A program made the position numbers and the translations under genes. The notes beneath the pieces were generated by a model. It made no database searches and was not told where the DNA came from. It saw nothing but the letters and a program-made list of their open reading frames with translations. DNA of 64,000 bases from Curvularia clavata (taxonomy: Eukaryota): NCBI GenBank assembly GCA_023920165.1, contig CP089277.1:1364001-1428000 (forward strand), in the 5' to 3' direction. Within the stretch, counting starts at the first letter, position 1; the number at the start of each line of letters is the position of its first letter. Below, one piece after another: positions 1 through 12,593 of the stretch.

Positions 1-1777
1 GTCTGGGTACTTTTGTTGTGCAGGGACAGGAGATGCCCGTGGAGATGTTTGTACTCCAGTAGACACCATATTGACTCTCTGTGGAATGGGCTGATATATA
101 CCCTGGTTGGACGGCTGTGAGTTGTCATTGGATTCATGAGGCGCAGATTTTTTCAATGATGTAGTTCTCGAAAGACCGCCTGAAGACACCGTCGAAGGTT
201 TCACACCCGGCGCAGAATCGACCTTTGTGAGTGGAGGGGATGCAAAAGCCTCGTCTGCCAGTGCATCTGTAACACGCTTGCTCAGCTCTGGATCAGAAGA
301 AATTGGAGCTTCCCCAAATTCAAACTTCTGACCTCTGTCGTGCAACAAAGAAAACTCGTCCAGAGATGGAAAACGAGATGCAAGCTCGTCAGCTGCAGCA
401 CGTCTCACTTGGACGTCCTGAGAGTCAAGTGCCGCAAAGGGGTCGGAGGTGGTTCCTCTCATGGGGGATGGATTGGCCCTGGGCGCTGCTGGAGGTTGCT
501 GAACTGGCCCTGTTGGTCGACCTCTCCTCATGGGGGTGATATCCGGTAATTGTTGAACCTGTACTGTGGGAGCAACGCGTTGCAGACCCACGACAGGTGG
601 GGGTGTAGAGACCTGAGGCTCCGAAGGAGGCAATTGCTGGTGTTGCCGAGTTTCTGATGGAGTCCTGCCAGAGTAGATCTGGCATGTCTTAGCAACTGAA
701 AGTTGAGCCAGTATCTGATACATACATCTTTGATAGGGATCGGGCGATGGCGCATTGAGCAGACCTCGGCAACCACTTGGTAGATGTTTGGACGATGCTG
801 AGGATTCTCACGCAACATTGAACCTGTCAAGGGTCAGCTGTGCCAGTAGTTTGCTTATGCAGCCACCCACCTATGAGTGCCTTGATCCTATCTGAGAACT
901 GCGGGTATGCTGGGTATTTGAACGATGCATTGAGGATGGCCATCTGGCCCACCTCTTCAAACGGAGTGGTGTAGTAACACAGTTTGTACAACAGCACGCC
1001 CAAGGCCCAGATGTCACTCTTTTCGTCTATTGGCTGCTTGCGGTATACATCAATCATTTCTGGACTGCGGTACTGCAGCGTAGTGTGGCGCTGGACGTCT
1101 TCTTCAATCAGCCTGCCCTCGGCAGCGGTAGTAGCAGCTGGGCGCGGGGGCGCTGTAGAGCCAAAGTCGCAGAGCTTGTATATCTTGTTGCCGTTGACGG
1201 TGGTGATGAGGACGTTTTCGACTTTGAGGTCACGGTGGAGGAGCGGTGGCTTGAGGTAGTGCATGGTTGCAACGCCCTCGACGACATCGGAGAAGATGTG
1301 CAGAATCTCAGGCTCCGTCAATCTATGCTGGAGCCTAGTGTTCATGAAGTCGATGAGCCCTCCGCCCGAGCAAAACTCCATGAGCAGGAAGACCTCGTAG
1401 CCGCCCGACTTGAGCTGTGAGGCGTGCGAGTCCATGTAAGTGACAATCTTACTGTGGCCCTTGAGCTTCTTCATCGTCTCCACCTCTGTGCGCATGTTTG
1501 CCAGGGCCTCCTTGTCTGCGCAGGCGACTCGCTTGAGCACCGCCGTCTCTGGTGTTTTGGAGTCTGTCTTTGGGACGCGGACCAGGTAGACATGGGCGAA
1601 ACCGCCCTCGGAAAGGTACTTTTCGATTGTGACGCGGTGGTTGCCAACCTGGACCTTTGTGCCGGGGGCAAAGGTACCCGGGGGGCCATTGGAGACGGCG
1701 ATGGGGCCTGGGGCACGGTATGCTGCCTGTTGGGCCATGGGCATGGCGGCCGAGGGAGCATAGCGAGCAGAGGACAT
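1..1777 (-). CDS. NAK-family (Ark1/Prk1/Akl1-like) Ser/Thr kinase; 3' end runs off the window
   Basis: Kinase motifs LSEGGFAHVY, VLKR, HRDLKVEN, LCDFGS, TTLQYRSPE and DIWALG. GT-AG introns at 870..824 and 725..679 restore the frame into a Pro/Ser-rich tail that continues past base 1. Confidence 0.92.
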
Positions 1778-2397
1778 GATGGGCGGTGAGGGAGACTGCA
1801 GCGGAGCAGGGCAACGGCGGGGTGGCTATATCTTGCGCATCGAGGAGACAGGGCGAGGGGCAGAGCAGTTGGAGGGGAGGCGGAGGGGTGCAAGGGCGGT
1901 GGTGTTGAGTAAAGGTGGCATGCGCCGAGATGGTTGTGATGGGAGGGTCGTGAACGGACCCCTGCAACCTGGGACGGCATGGGCAAAGCAAAGCCACGCC
2001 CTCTTGGGGGGTCAACGTCACCGTCTATACAGTGCAGCAGTCGTGGGGCCGCAGCCTTTGCCAACTCGGCACGCAGCATCGACATCACGCATTCCTATGT
2101 GTGTGTATATATATACACATAGCTGCAGCGTACACGGAGCGGGGAGCTGAAGTCTGCCCGCGCCAGACGGGCAAAAGCAGCCAGCCATCCATGACCACAG
2201 TGGACAGGCGCCAAGGCCCAGGATCTGTTTCATTCGAGGGACCCTGATTGGGCATACGACACGTCGTCGATGCCTGACGGATGGTATGCAGAGACTATCA
2301 AACACGACGACAAACACGGCGGTTGTTGGTCTTTGTTGTTGTTGGCACCATCCGTCCATGTGTGGGCCCGTTGGTGGTGAGCGGAGCGCAGACACGT

Positions 2398-2429
2398 CGT
2401 CGTCGTCGACGTCGACGTCGACAACGACG
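2398..2429. repeat. 32-bp near-perfect palindrome built on (GTCGAC)3
   Basis: CGTCGTCGTCGACGTCGACGTCGACAACGACG. 15 of 16 symmetric positions pair about the centre 2413/2414, with one mismatch (2404/2423). Confidence 0.85.
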
Positions 2430-3099
2430 GATCCACGGCTGCAGCGCAACCAAGGCGTCTCGTCTCGGCCATGACGACCCCGAACCAGTCTTTGGCCTGT
2501 GGATGCGCTGCCTGCGAGTGCAGAGCGTAGTGTCTAGTATGTATGTGCCTGGTGTGTCATTGCGCATTGCTTTTGTGCCCTCGAAACGCGGACTCGGGGG
2601 GATGAAGTCTTAACCAATGCAGGGCTGGTCGGGGGTGGATGCACCGCGATGCCGACGGTTTGGGCGCAATGGAGGCGTAACACGGTGCAAAATAGGGTAC
2701 AAGAGCAGACGAGAGCAGACGACAGGTGGTTTGGGCCACGTCTTGGCACACATGTGACGAATCTGAGGCTGAGGCCGTGGGCGACCCGTCGTCACTGCCC
2801 AGCCGCTTGAAACCCTTTGTTTCCCATTCACTGCCCTGTATTTAGTCCTGCGAGCTGCTCCACCCTGGTCTTGTGCCCTCGCACTCATTCACCCGCCCAC
2901 CCGCCCACCGGCTGCTCCCCAGCCGTCTGCTCTGCTGTACATGCTGCCTTCGTAAGCATCCTGCCTGCCTGCCTGCCCGCCCGCCTTTCAGCCTGACTCG
3001 ACCCGCCGCTCCCGCTGCCCGACCCGCTGCCTCTATAAACCCCCCCGCGCACATCCTCAGCCAGCTCCCCCGCCTCGAACCCTTGCAACACGACCAACC

Positions 3100-4994
3100 A
3101 TGGCTGTACCCGAACACGCAAACATAGCCCGCGTCCGACAGTCGCGGCGCCCCCAGAGAGACGCCAGCGCCTCACGCTCCGACTCGTCAGCCTCGACCTC
3201 GCCCGAACGCGGCTTCGACGACGACGAGGACAAGGATTCCGTCATGCTGCAGTCCAACGACTCCCTCTCGTCCCTCGCCCCCTCGATATCCCCAGACTCG
3301 GATGACGAAGCCCGCAGGCGCGCCATCGAGGAGCAGCACCGCGTCTCGCCCATCTCCCGCCTGCCCGCCGAACTCATGATTGCTGTCTTCGCAAAGCTAG
3401 CCTCTCCCACCGACCTCAAAAACTGCATGCTCGTCTCCAAAACATGGGCTGGAAACAGCGTTGGTCTCCTGTGGCACCGCCCTTCGACAAACAAGTGGTC
3501 CAACGTCCAGAGCGTCATCCGCACCGTCCAGACATACAACAGCTTTTTCGACTACAGCAGCCTCATCAAGCGCCTGAACCTAGCCGCCCTGGGTCACGAG
3601 GTCAGCGACGGTACCCTGAAGCCTCTCTCAAGCTGTAAGCGTGTTGAGCGCCTGACATTGACAAACTGCACCAAACTCACCGATCTGAGTTTGGAGGCCA
3701 TGCTCGAAGGCAACAGATATATCCTAGCCCTCGACGTCACAAACGTCGAATCCATCACCGACAGGACTATGTACACTCTGGCCGAGCACGCTATCCGCTT
3801 ACAAGGCCTCAACATCACAAACTGCAAGAAGATTACCGACGAGTCGCTCGAGGCTGTTGCCAAGAGCTGTAGGCATCTGAAGCGCCTCAAGCTGAATGGT
3901 TGTTCGCAGCTGAGCGACAAGAGCATCATCGCTTTTGCAAGGAACTGCCGCTACATGCTTGAAATCGACCTGCACGATTGCAGAAACCTCGACGATGCTT
4001 CCATTACCACGCTCATCACTGAAGGTCCCAACCTCCGCGAACTGCGCCTGGCCCATTGCGCAAAAATCACTGACCAAGCCTTCCTGCGCCTTCCTGCCGA
4101 AGCCACCTATGACTGCCTGCGCATTCTTGACCTTACCGACTGTGGCGAACTTCAGGATGCTGGCGTCCAGAAGATCATACAAGCCGCGCCAAGACTCCGC
4201 AACCTGGTTCTGGCCAAATGCCGTAACATTACAGACCGCGCGGTCATGGCCATTACACGTCTTGGCAAGAACCTGCATTACATACATCTTGGACACTGCT
4301 CGCGCATCACAGATGTCGGTGTTACCTCCTTGGTCAAGCTTTGCAACCGCATCCGTTACATTGACCTGGCATGCTGCACTGCTCTGACAGACGCTTCTGT
4401 CATGCAGCTCGCAAGTCTGCCCAAACTCAAGCGTATTGGTCTGGTCAAGTGCGCAGCCATCACAGACCGCAGTATATTTGCCCTGGCAAAACCAAAGCAA
4501 ATTGGTTCTTCCGGGCCCATTGCGCCCAGCGTGCTTGAGAGAGTACATCTCAGCTACTGCACTAATCTTTCCTTGGCTGTGAGCTTACCCTTTTTTTTCG
4601 GTACAATTGTGCTTCTTACTAACAGACTCAGGGTATCCATGCGTTGTTGAATAATTGCCCCCGCCTGACCCATCTTTCTCTCACCGGCATTCAAGCATTT
4701 CTGCGTGAAGACCTTCTTGCCTTTTGCCGCGAAGCACCTGCCGAGTTCAACGACCACCAGCGTGAAGTCTTCTGTGTTTTCAGTGGAATTGGAGTCCAAC
4801 GTCTACGTGTCTTTATGAACACCAATGGTGGAGAAGACGTAGACCGCGACACCGACGGTTTCGGTGTAGATGATGGCACCATGTACCATGAAGACGAAGA
4901 CGGCGACAACATGATGACTGTGACGGCCCAGGCCAACATCATGGCCATTGATGAGGAAGACGAGTTCGGCAACGATAGCGAGATGGCCGGATAG
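3100..4994 (+). CDS. GRR1: SCF F-box/leucine-rich-repeat protein Grr1 (~613 aa)
   Basis: F-box (ISRLPAELMIAVF...CMLVSKTW) followed by many Cys-containing LRRs (LTLTNCTKLTD, LKRIGLVKC, LERVHLSYC). Intron 4579..4631 joins to GIHALLNNCPRLTHLSLTG...EFNDHQREVFCVFSG. TATA-like TATAAA at ~3034. Confidence 0.95.
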
Positions 4995-5478
4995 GACTAG
5001 ATTCTGAGCTCTCTTTAGCCTTTTTTTTTTGCTCTCAATCTGTTTACCAAGCATAAACCAGGCGTTTTGTTTCAGCGTGTTTTTCTTTTGCGTCTTATGG
5101 CATGGTTGGATTGCCAGCGGACACTGTCCTTGTCTGGTACTAGTTTGTTTCACGACAACCGTGAAGACGGTAGCAATTGGCTGGCTCGAGAATGCTTCTT
5201 TCTCGCGCCGCGATAACGATTTATACCCTCCATGTTTTGGTTTTGCTCAGCGTTGTGGAGAGAAAAGAGGGAGAGAAAGAGAGAAAAGAAGTTGATGTGG
5301 TTGAAAAGAGAACCACGTGTTTGTAAGAACAAAGTAGTATTATCATGTATAGATAACGAGCAATGACTTGAGGACCTTTTTTTTCTACAAACACAAGCAT
5401 ATCTTTCTTTATTGGCTTTGACTAAAGTAATGGATACATTTGCAAATCAATTCCTCGTCTGTCAGAAACTCTACCATC

Positions 5479-8400
5479 TCACTTCATCAATCCACACATG
5501 CACCCGCAGTCCGGTACAGGACACATGGCATGCTTCGCAAACCAGTCCCGTGCGTGGTGCCCGTGAAACCCATGCGTACAATTCATACAAAACACCATGA
5601 GACGCGCCTCGCGATCCTCGCCCTTGAGCGTCTCGTACCCACCTTGCCGCGCCGGATCAGGCGTGCCCAGCCACAGCATGCACAGCGCGCAACGGGGCAT
5701 TTGGGCAGAGCAATTCGGGCAATGTAAACCTGGTGTAGAAGAGGCTTTGGACTGTTGTTGTTGTTGCTGTTGCTGCTGCTGCTGCTGCTGTTGGGATTGA
5801 GACGATGCGCCTGGGGGTTTAGCAGCAAAAGATGAAGGGACGCTGCGGTGGTGGAAGGGAGGTGGTCCTCCAGCTCCTCCAGCTGTACCTGCTGCTGCCA
5901 TTGTAGGCAACAGTCTCCCTTTTGCTGTCCTGGTATCTTTTCTCAGTGCGAGATTCTGTTGGCAGTTTAGGCAGCGGATGGCGAGACTGGGCTGCTGGGG
6001 CTTGTTTACGCTGCGGCCTTCGCGTGTGACAGAGAGCTGGTTGTGCTCTTTTATATAGCGTGTGCGCTCGAGAAAGGTGCGGTAGATTTGTAGGTGCTCG
6101 AGATATGTGTCTTTCCACAGAGTCCAGCGGGCGTCTTGGATGTACAGTGGGCACGCGCGGCTGAGGAGCAATACTGCGTTTTGCAGGCCGGCGCTGGGCT
6201 GTTGCGAAATGTGTACTGTGAGGAGGTCGAGCGAACGTGCCGTCAGGCCTGTCAGGAGTAGCCCGGATATGTCTCCTGTTTGGATGGCGGTGTTTGTGGC
6301 GTCAATGAGAAAATTGGAGAGCACAGGGTCCGGAAGGTACTTTAGGGCTACGGCCACACGGTCATGGAGCGAAATTTGCGGCATCGAGACTACACTTGTC
6401 CAGTCCCCGGTGATAAAGTATGTCAGGAGAGACTTCAGATATGGGTTGGAAGTCATGTCTGCCATCCACGCACACGCTTCCCGTTGATCGGCTGAGACAC
6501 CTGAAGAAGGCGATGCGCAGGCAATGACAGCCGCGAGACTGATATCATCTCGTGGAAGCTTCTTTGCAGTAAGCATGGAGCGGAGAAGTGTCAAAGCAAT
6601 GTCCTTGTGGCCTTGGAATACAGCAAGCACAATGGCTTTGTAGATTTCGCCGCTAGAAGCAAGGTCGTCGCACGTCTGCTGGACGCCAGATTCCTCCAAA
6701 GACCAGCCGCAGAGACTGAGACAGAGTTGGCGATTCTCCGGGTATTCAGTCTGCACGCCCTGGAACGGTGGAAGCTCCATGGCTCCAGCAATCTCTTTTA
6801 CAGCATCACGGAACATTTCTCGACTGGTTTTCGCATCCGGATCGATGAGACGTTCGTCATACATCGTTAGTTCATTGGCCCATATCGAGTTTACCCCGAG
6901 ATATTTCAAGTCAAGACCGTTACCCACCATGCCATCCCGTGAGGCATGTGTATCCATCCTATCCACTATCGTCCATGCATCGACTAGCAACGGATCGTTG
7001 GAAACAATTGCTTTGTTTTTAGCACATTTGAGCGAGTAGCCCTCCTGTACACGTCTTTTGGGTACCTGGAGCATGGCAAGGTAGTCTGCGAGCGGAACTT
7101 TGGAGTTGAATTCCTGCAAAAGTAAAGGGAGATGTCGTTGGCCAGCACTTACGTGTAGTTCTTCCATGCTGGCTGACAGATCTGCTCCGCTTTGAAAGTC
7201 AGCTCTTTGCTTTGAGTTTGTTGCTCGTTTTTGCAACTCAATCATGTCCTCAGATACTGTGCCATGCGGCTGAGTCGGTTTGGCAATACAATCACGGTCC
7301 TTGTAAATCTCCTCCAAAGCGCTGATATTGAGGCGTGGGGGCGAGGGTGGTACTTTGAGCACTTCGACTTCGCGATTAGAATGCAGACCTAATGCACATT
7401 GCCCATCGAATAGACTGCCAACGCTCATAAAATCGTACGCTACTATTCGCTGTTTGCTAGGCTGCCGGTGCTCCTTGTCATGCGCTGGATACCGCAAATG
7501 ATGCACTGCTTTAGTATAATAAGGTGATGCCCATGCGCGTGCAAACGGCGTATCTGCAGTTTCCACAGGCTGGTGAGAGTGCTGAGCAAGTTCAATGACT
7601 TTGAATTCGCCAGTATTGGCAAGCACACCGAACGTGGCCCTCTTGGTGCCAGAATACCGAAGACTCCATATCGACGCAGACTGAGAGTTGTCTACTATAG
7701 GCTTGAAGTCCAGGACAGAGCCACCGCTTGTATTGTCGCCAGATGTTCCACGCTGTTTGACGAATCGTGCATCCCAAACAGTCACAGTCGGATCGCCTGC
7801 AGGGCCCGCTGATAAAAAGTAGTTCTCGTCTAGTGGGTCAATGGCGATATTGTGCACCTGGCGCGTCTGGAATTGTGCAATGCCTGTCGTGCTAGAGTCT
7901 GTACGGTATAAGCAAGACTTGCCGTTGCTATTGCCAATGCAAACCCACCTCTGAGGTCATAGATGCGTACGTATTGCCTCGACACACCCGCTACGAGCAT
8001 ATCTGGCTGCCGGTCAAAAAACTTGATACTCGAAATGGCCTCTGAGCTCGCCAACTTCTTGTACGGTTCATCCTTGGCCGTGACTCGCGAATCATTCATA
8101 TCGTAAATATTGAGGCAGACATCATTGCGAACTCTGTCCAAACCTGCGGCCAAAAGGTTCTTCGAGCTGAAAGCAATTGAGTTGCATTTTCTTTGATGCC
8201 GTATGGAGAAAGAGTGGATGTAGTCGTGGTCAGGCTTGTCTGGATCAAGTGCTACCAAGGTAGCCTCTCCCGAGGTCGATCCTATGGCGACCACATTTGG
8301 ATCTTTCTTGGACCAGTCGAATGCCGTGTAGTTTGGCAGTTTATCGCGGATACATATTTGCTTGTAGTTGACCTTGCTCTTACTGAAGTTATCAATCTGA

Positions 8401-8492
8401 CACAGCCGCAGTCTGTTGCCTGCGATATCAATGATTATAAAGCGGGGCTCGGCCTGCGTAGCGTGCGGTGACCACCTTATTGCTGCTTCCAT
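5479..8492 (-). CDS. SEA4: SEACAT/GATOR2 subunit Sea4/MIOS (WD40 + solenoid + C-terminal Zn/RING, ~987 aa)
   Basis: N-terminal WD40 (RKCNSIAFS, AAGLDRVRND) and C-terminal RCALCMLWL...FCMNCTHGFHGHHARDWFAKHAMCPVPDCGCMC. Intron 7948..7899 joins the two ORFs in frame. Confidence 0.93.
5752..5793 (-). repeat. (CAR)14 trinucleotide repeat encoding polyQ inside SEA4
   Basis: 14 consecutive CAA/CAG codons on the minus strand. Confidence 0.9.
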
Positions 8493-8809
8493 TTTACAAA
8501 GCAATGACCGCGATTCAGCGATAGCGTGGAACTAGGAGTTTCGGAATCGCGTAAAGGGTGTCATGTACCAGCAATGAATGATCCGGGGTGAGTTTGAGCG
8601 AGCGGATCCATGGGTATGGTGTTGCTTCATCCGCTACGGCAACTGCCTGCAAGTGGACGAGCATTGGTGAACGTCTGACGCGTGATAACACCTTGGCGCG
8701 CACTACCTAGGCGGTCAGGCAACCCTAATTCTGCCGCCCCACTAAAACTTCCCTTTGCGCATTCCCAAAACTTTGCCGGCCTACACCTTTATCCCATCCA
8801 CGCCGCAAA

Positions 8810-9760
8810 ATGTCGCAAAAGCGCAAACACGCTGAAGCTTCCGAAGGCTCATCTTCCGCCCCTAAACCTTTCAAAAAACATCGCGCTTTCAAACCGGGAA
8901 CCGGTCACCAAAAGCCGAAGAAGCGACCGCACGTCTCAAACGACATCGATAAGAGCACCAGCACCCATGCGCTGAAGAGCAGGATACGAGACTTGAAGCG
9001 CCTATTGGCACATGTTGACAATGTGGGTGACCACAAGATGTCAGCGAGTAGTCGGATAGAGAGGGAGAGGGAGTTGGAGGCGTGTGAACATGAGCTGAGA
9101 GAGAAGATTGAGAGCACGAGGGAAGCCGAATACAGGAGGAAGATGATTAGCAAGTATCATCAGGTGCGATTTTTTGGTATGTAATCCCATGCGTAAAAAG
9201 TGCTGCCCATCAGGGTGCGATTGCTAACGCGCCCAGACCGTCAGAAGGGCACCCGGATACTCAAGAAGCTGAAGAAGGAGCTCCAGGCTGAGGAAGACGA
9301 AGAAAAGAAGCAAGAACTCACGCGAAGAGTGCACAATGCCGAGGTCGACGTCAACTACGCCATATACTATCCGCTTATGAAGCCGTATGCCTCTCTCTAC
9401 CCAAAATCAAAGAAGGAAAAGGCGGGAGAGTCAGAAGAAAGCGGAGACGGTGCTGCTGAAGACAAGTCGAATCGCGAAGTTGATGGGCCCAAGGGCGATG
9501 TGGCCATGTGGAAGACCGTCGAGGAGGCTATGGCAGAAGGCACATTAGATGCGCTGAGGAATCGCAAGGAGGACCTGCCGGCACCGGCACCGGCGCCTGC
9601 AAAGGAGAAGAAAAGCAAGAAGACGGATCAAACCGTCAAGAGCAAAGAGAAGAAAATCGCGGAGAAACTGGCGGCGGCAAAGAATCGTCGTGAGAGGAGA
9701 GCACTGGGTCAACAGGCTCAAGAAGAAGCGGAGGAAAGCGATGGCGGTTTCTTCGAATAG
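8810..9760 (+). CDS. EFG1: 18S rRNA maturation factor Efg1 (~296 aa)
   Basis: LKSRIRDLKRLL, MISKYHQVRFF|DRQK and DVNYAIYYPLMKPYASLYP motifs; acidic DGGFFE C-terminus. Intron 9177..9236. Confidence 0.9.
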
Positions 9761-10017
9761 CATGCGTCTTTTGATCGCAGCATGGCATATTGTATTATAC
9801 CCGACGGCAGCATCGTCAATACCATTCAGTTTAAGTACATGTCGCATCGAAAGTACATCAATGGTCTAGCCAAACAAGAACACAGGCATGTCAAATAGGA
9901 AAATAGAATGACCGGGAGAGGCAAACGTTTGGAACCTGTAGAGGCTGTTGCAATGCTAACGCATCGTAGCGAAGAGTATTCTACCCTCAAACATGATATC
10001 TATAAAAGCACCCCTTC

Positions 10018-11656
10018 TCATTCGCTCCCTGTGTGAACCCTGACAGGATGCGCCTCGGTATTGTAAACCCAAGCGTTCTTACCATCCTTACCCACCTGCC
10101 ACTCAGCATCAGCCGCGTGAATCAAGTATGAATACTTGAGCACCTCTGCGAACCAGAAGCTCTCTTGGAAATCAGTGAAGCCACCTCCACCAGGTGTATT
10201 AACGTCCTTGATGGAGCTATACCCGCTGCCCACCCGCGTCGTCTTATTGATGGCGACAAATGCGTCCCACGCCCAGTCCTGGTACTTGGGGTCGGAGGTA
10301 GCACGGTAGGCATAGTAATACGATTCAATGACTTCAGGACGGAGTTGGTATCCCGCGTCTTCAATCCAGAAGCCCGAGGAGTTGAAGAAGGCGGACTGAG
10401 CTGCTGGAATGGCTGTGGTGTTCCAGGAGAAGACTTCTGGGCCGATGCGTGTTGCGGTGGAAATGTACGTCTCGTGACAGCCATTGACGAGCTGGAGACC
10501 GTAATCAATATAGTCCTGCCTGCCGAGGACCTGGCCGCCCAGAATAAAGTTTCCGCCATCGAAGCACCCGAGGTGCTGGTTTTCAAAGTCGAGCTGAGTG
10601 CCCTGGTAGGCGGCAAGCCAGGTTATGTCTGGTCGGGGGGCTGGGTGTGAAGTCAAGTATTTGATGCTGCTGTCTACTGCAGTAACCCAGCGGTCCTTCA
10701 TCTTCGAGAACTTCGTGTCGTAGATATACATTTTGATCAGATACTCGTAAAAGGAATCCGAGCCGCTGATCCAGCCACCGTCGCTGCTTACGAATTGTCC
10801 TGTCTCCACGCTGATCTGGGATCCCACCAGACCCGGAAAGGGCTCACCAGATGCGGGAGAAGGAGACAGCAAGTAGTCCTCTGCTTTCTTGGCGATTTGT
10901 GCATAAGTTTGGTTTCCGGACAAGTCTGCCAGACGGGTCCATTCGAGGATCAACGTTCCTACCGTCGCTAGACCGTTTGGGCCTCCGCCATTGCCACGGT
11001 TATTAAAAGTGAGCACGTTCCAGGGTACGCCGGAGGGTGTCTCAAATGCGTAAGAGAGGTTGTTAGCTAAATTGATAGATTGTGTCAAGAGAGCTTCGAC
11101 ATTTGAAGGGTTGTCGGCGAGATGCGCCAGAGGTCCACGGAGCAAATCATACCCCGATAGCATGCCACCGAGATAGCGGATGGTGGTCTCGAATAGTGAA
11201 ACAGAGTCGTTCGTCACACTCCAATTGATGGTAGGAATGTGATTCAAGATCTGATTCACAGTCTTTTGCTCGCCCATGACGAGGGCTGTGCTGAGAGCAT
11301 CGACAGCAGACGCACCCCATCCGTTTCTAATAACATGTCAACATCTAGATTTCTTTACATACAATTGTTTTCCTGTAGGTGTTTTTTTTTGGAAGCCTTG
11401 CTAGTACTTACCGAGAGTTGCTACCTTTATTAGACACAGGACGCAATTCGTCCATCGGAAATGCATAGGTGTAGTATCCATCCCAACTCACTCTGAACGC
11501 GTCCTTTACAGCGTGTGCTCTTTCTTCTGCTGCTGATGGCTCTTCAAGAGAGCTTCGAGGCACTTCATAATGTCTCGCTCGTAGATGTTCTGGTATATTG
11601 GATGGTAGAGCCGAAGCTATAGCAATAGTGAAAGCGAAGAATGCGAGCTGGACCAT
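10018..11656 (-). CDS. Secreted class I alpha-1,2-mannosidase, GH47 (~517 aa)
   Basis: Signal-peptide-like [18 protein letters not shown]47 motifs [53 protein letters not shown] and NTEAHP. Intron 11411..11327. Confidence 0.95.
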
Positions 11657-12593
11657 TGTGCCGCGTCCCAGAAGCACCTGAGATTTGTCTAGTCAAACTG
11701 GATTGCACCGGGTGATATGGCCCCTCTCTGGCAATGGCCTTCAAACAGGCAGCGTGAAGGACAAAGGGTACTAAGGCTACTGGACAGTAGGCACGAAAAA
11801 GAAGGCAAATGACCCCTATATAATACATCAGAAGAGCTTATTGAAGTTTACATATTAACGCAAAAAAAACAAGGCCGGTAACCTCCCGGTCGGATCGTCA
11901 TGGCATGGATCCAGAAATTCCAGCCCAGTGAGAACGACCAAGAGCACAGAGCAATATTGGGGTACCAATATTAGGTATGGCGTGTCTGATTCGAAATAGG
12001 AAGGTAACGTTGTGAATGTGTACCAAACTCAGTTCCTGTCGAGGTGCCCGCCTCGTGCTAACCACGCATGACCAGGGCTACCATGCCGCGATGACGGGGA
12101 TGTACATAAGGTGGTCATCACAAGGTGCATTAGAGGCACCCCCTGCGCATGGATCAGCGTATGCTTAGGGGTTGATCTGTTGAGCTCCCGAGCCGATCGA
12201 AATCATTCGACTGTGGCAGCCTGGATTGGACGCCAGGCCACTGGGTAGGTTGGTTAGTGAGGATGCGCATTTTCCTACTGGATTTCATGATTGCAGAACA
12301 ACGGACTTGCGCGGGTGTATATGTGATTTGGGCGACTAGAGGAATCCGGGAGTGCAGCCATTCAAACGGCGTGCCTGGTAGCGGGGTGCGGATGGCCGGA
12401 TTTACATCAAGGCGTCCGTGCACGGGTCTTGTGGCACCGCTTCCGCATCCTTATTCCTACATCTACATACCATGTATGACGACTTGGATCAAGGATACCA
12501 ATGCAGTGTGGCATGTCTGCCCGGGTATGTCATTTGATCTATGTTGCTCACTACTTGAAGATGCTGCTGCCAAACCTGTGTGTCTGTGTGGAA

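Noticed and set aside
3799..4548. Long antisense ORFs (also 12740-13489 in a shifted frame, 51988-52512, 55946-56635 and 56701-57228)
   Set aside because: They shadow well-supported genes, as expected from codon bias, and carry no motifs of their own.
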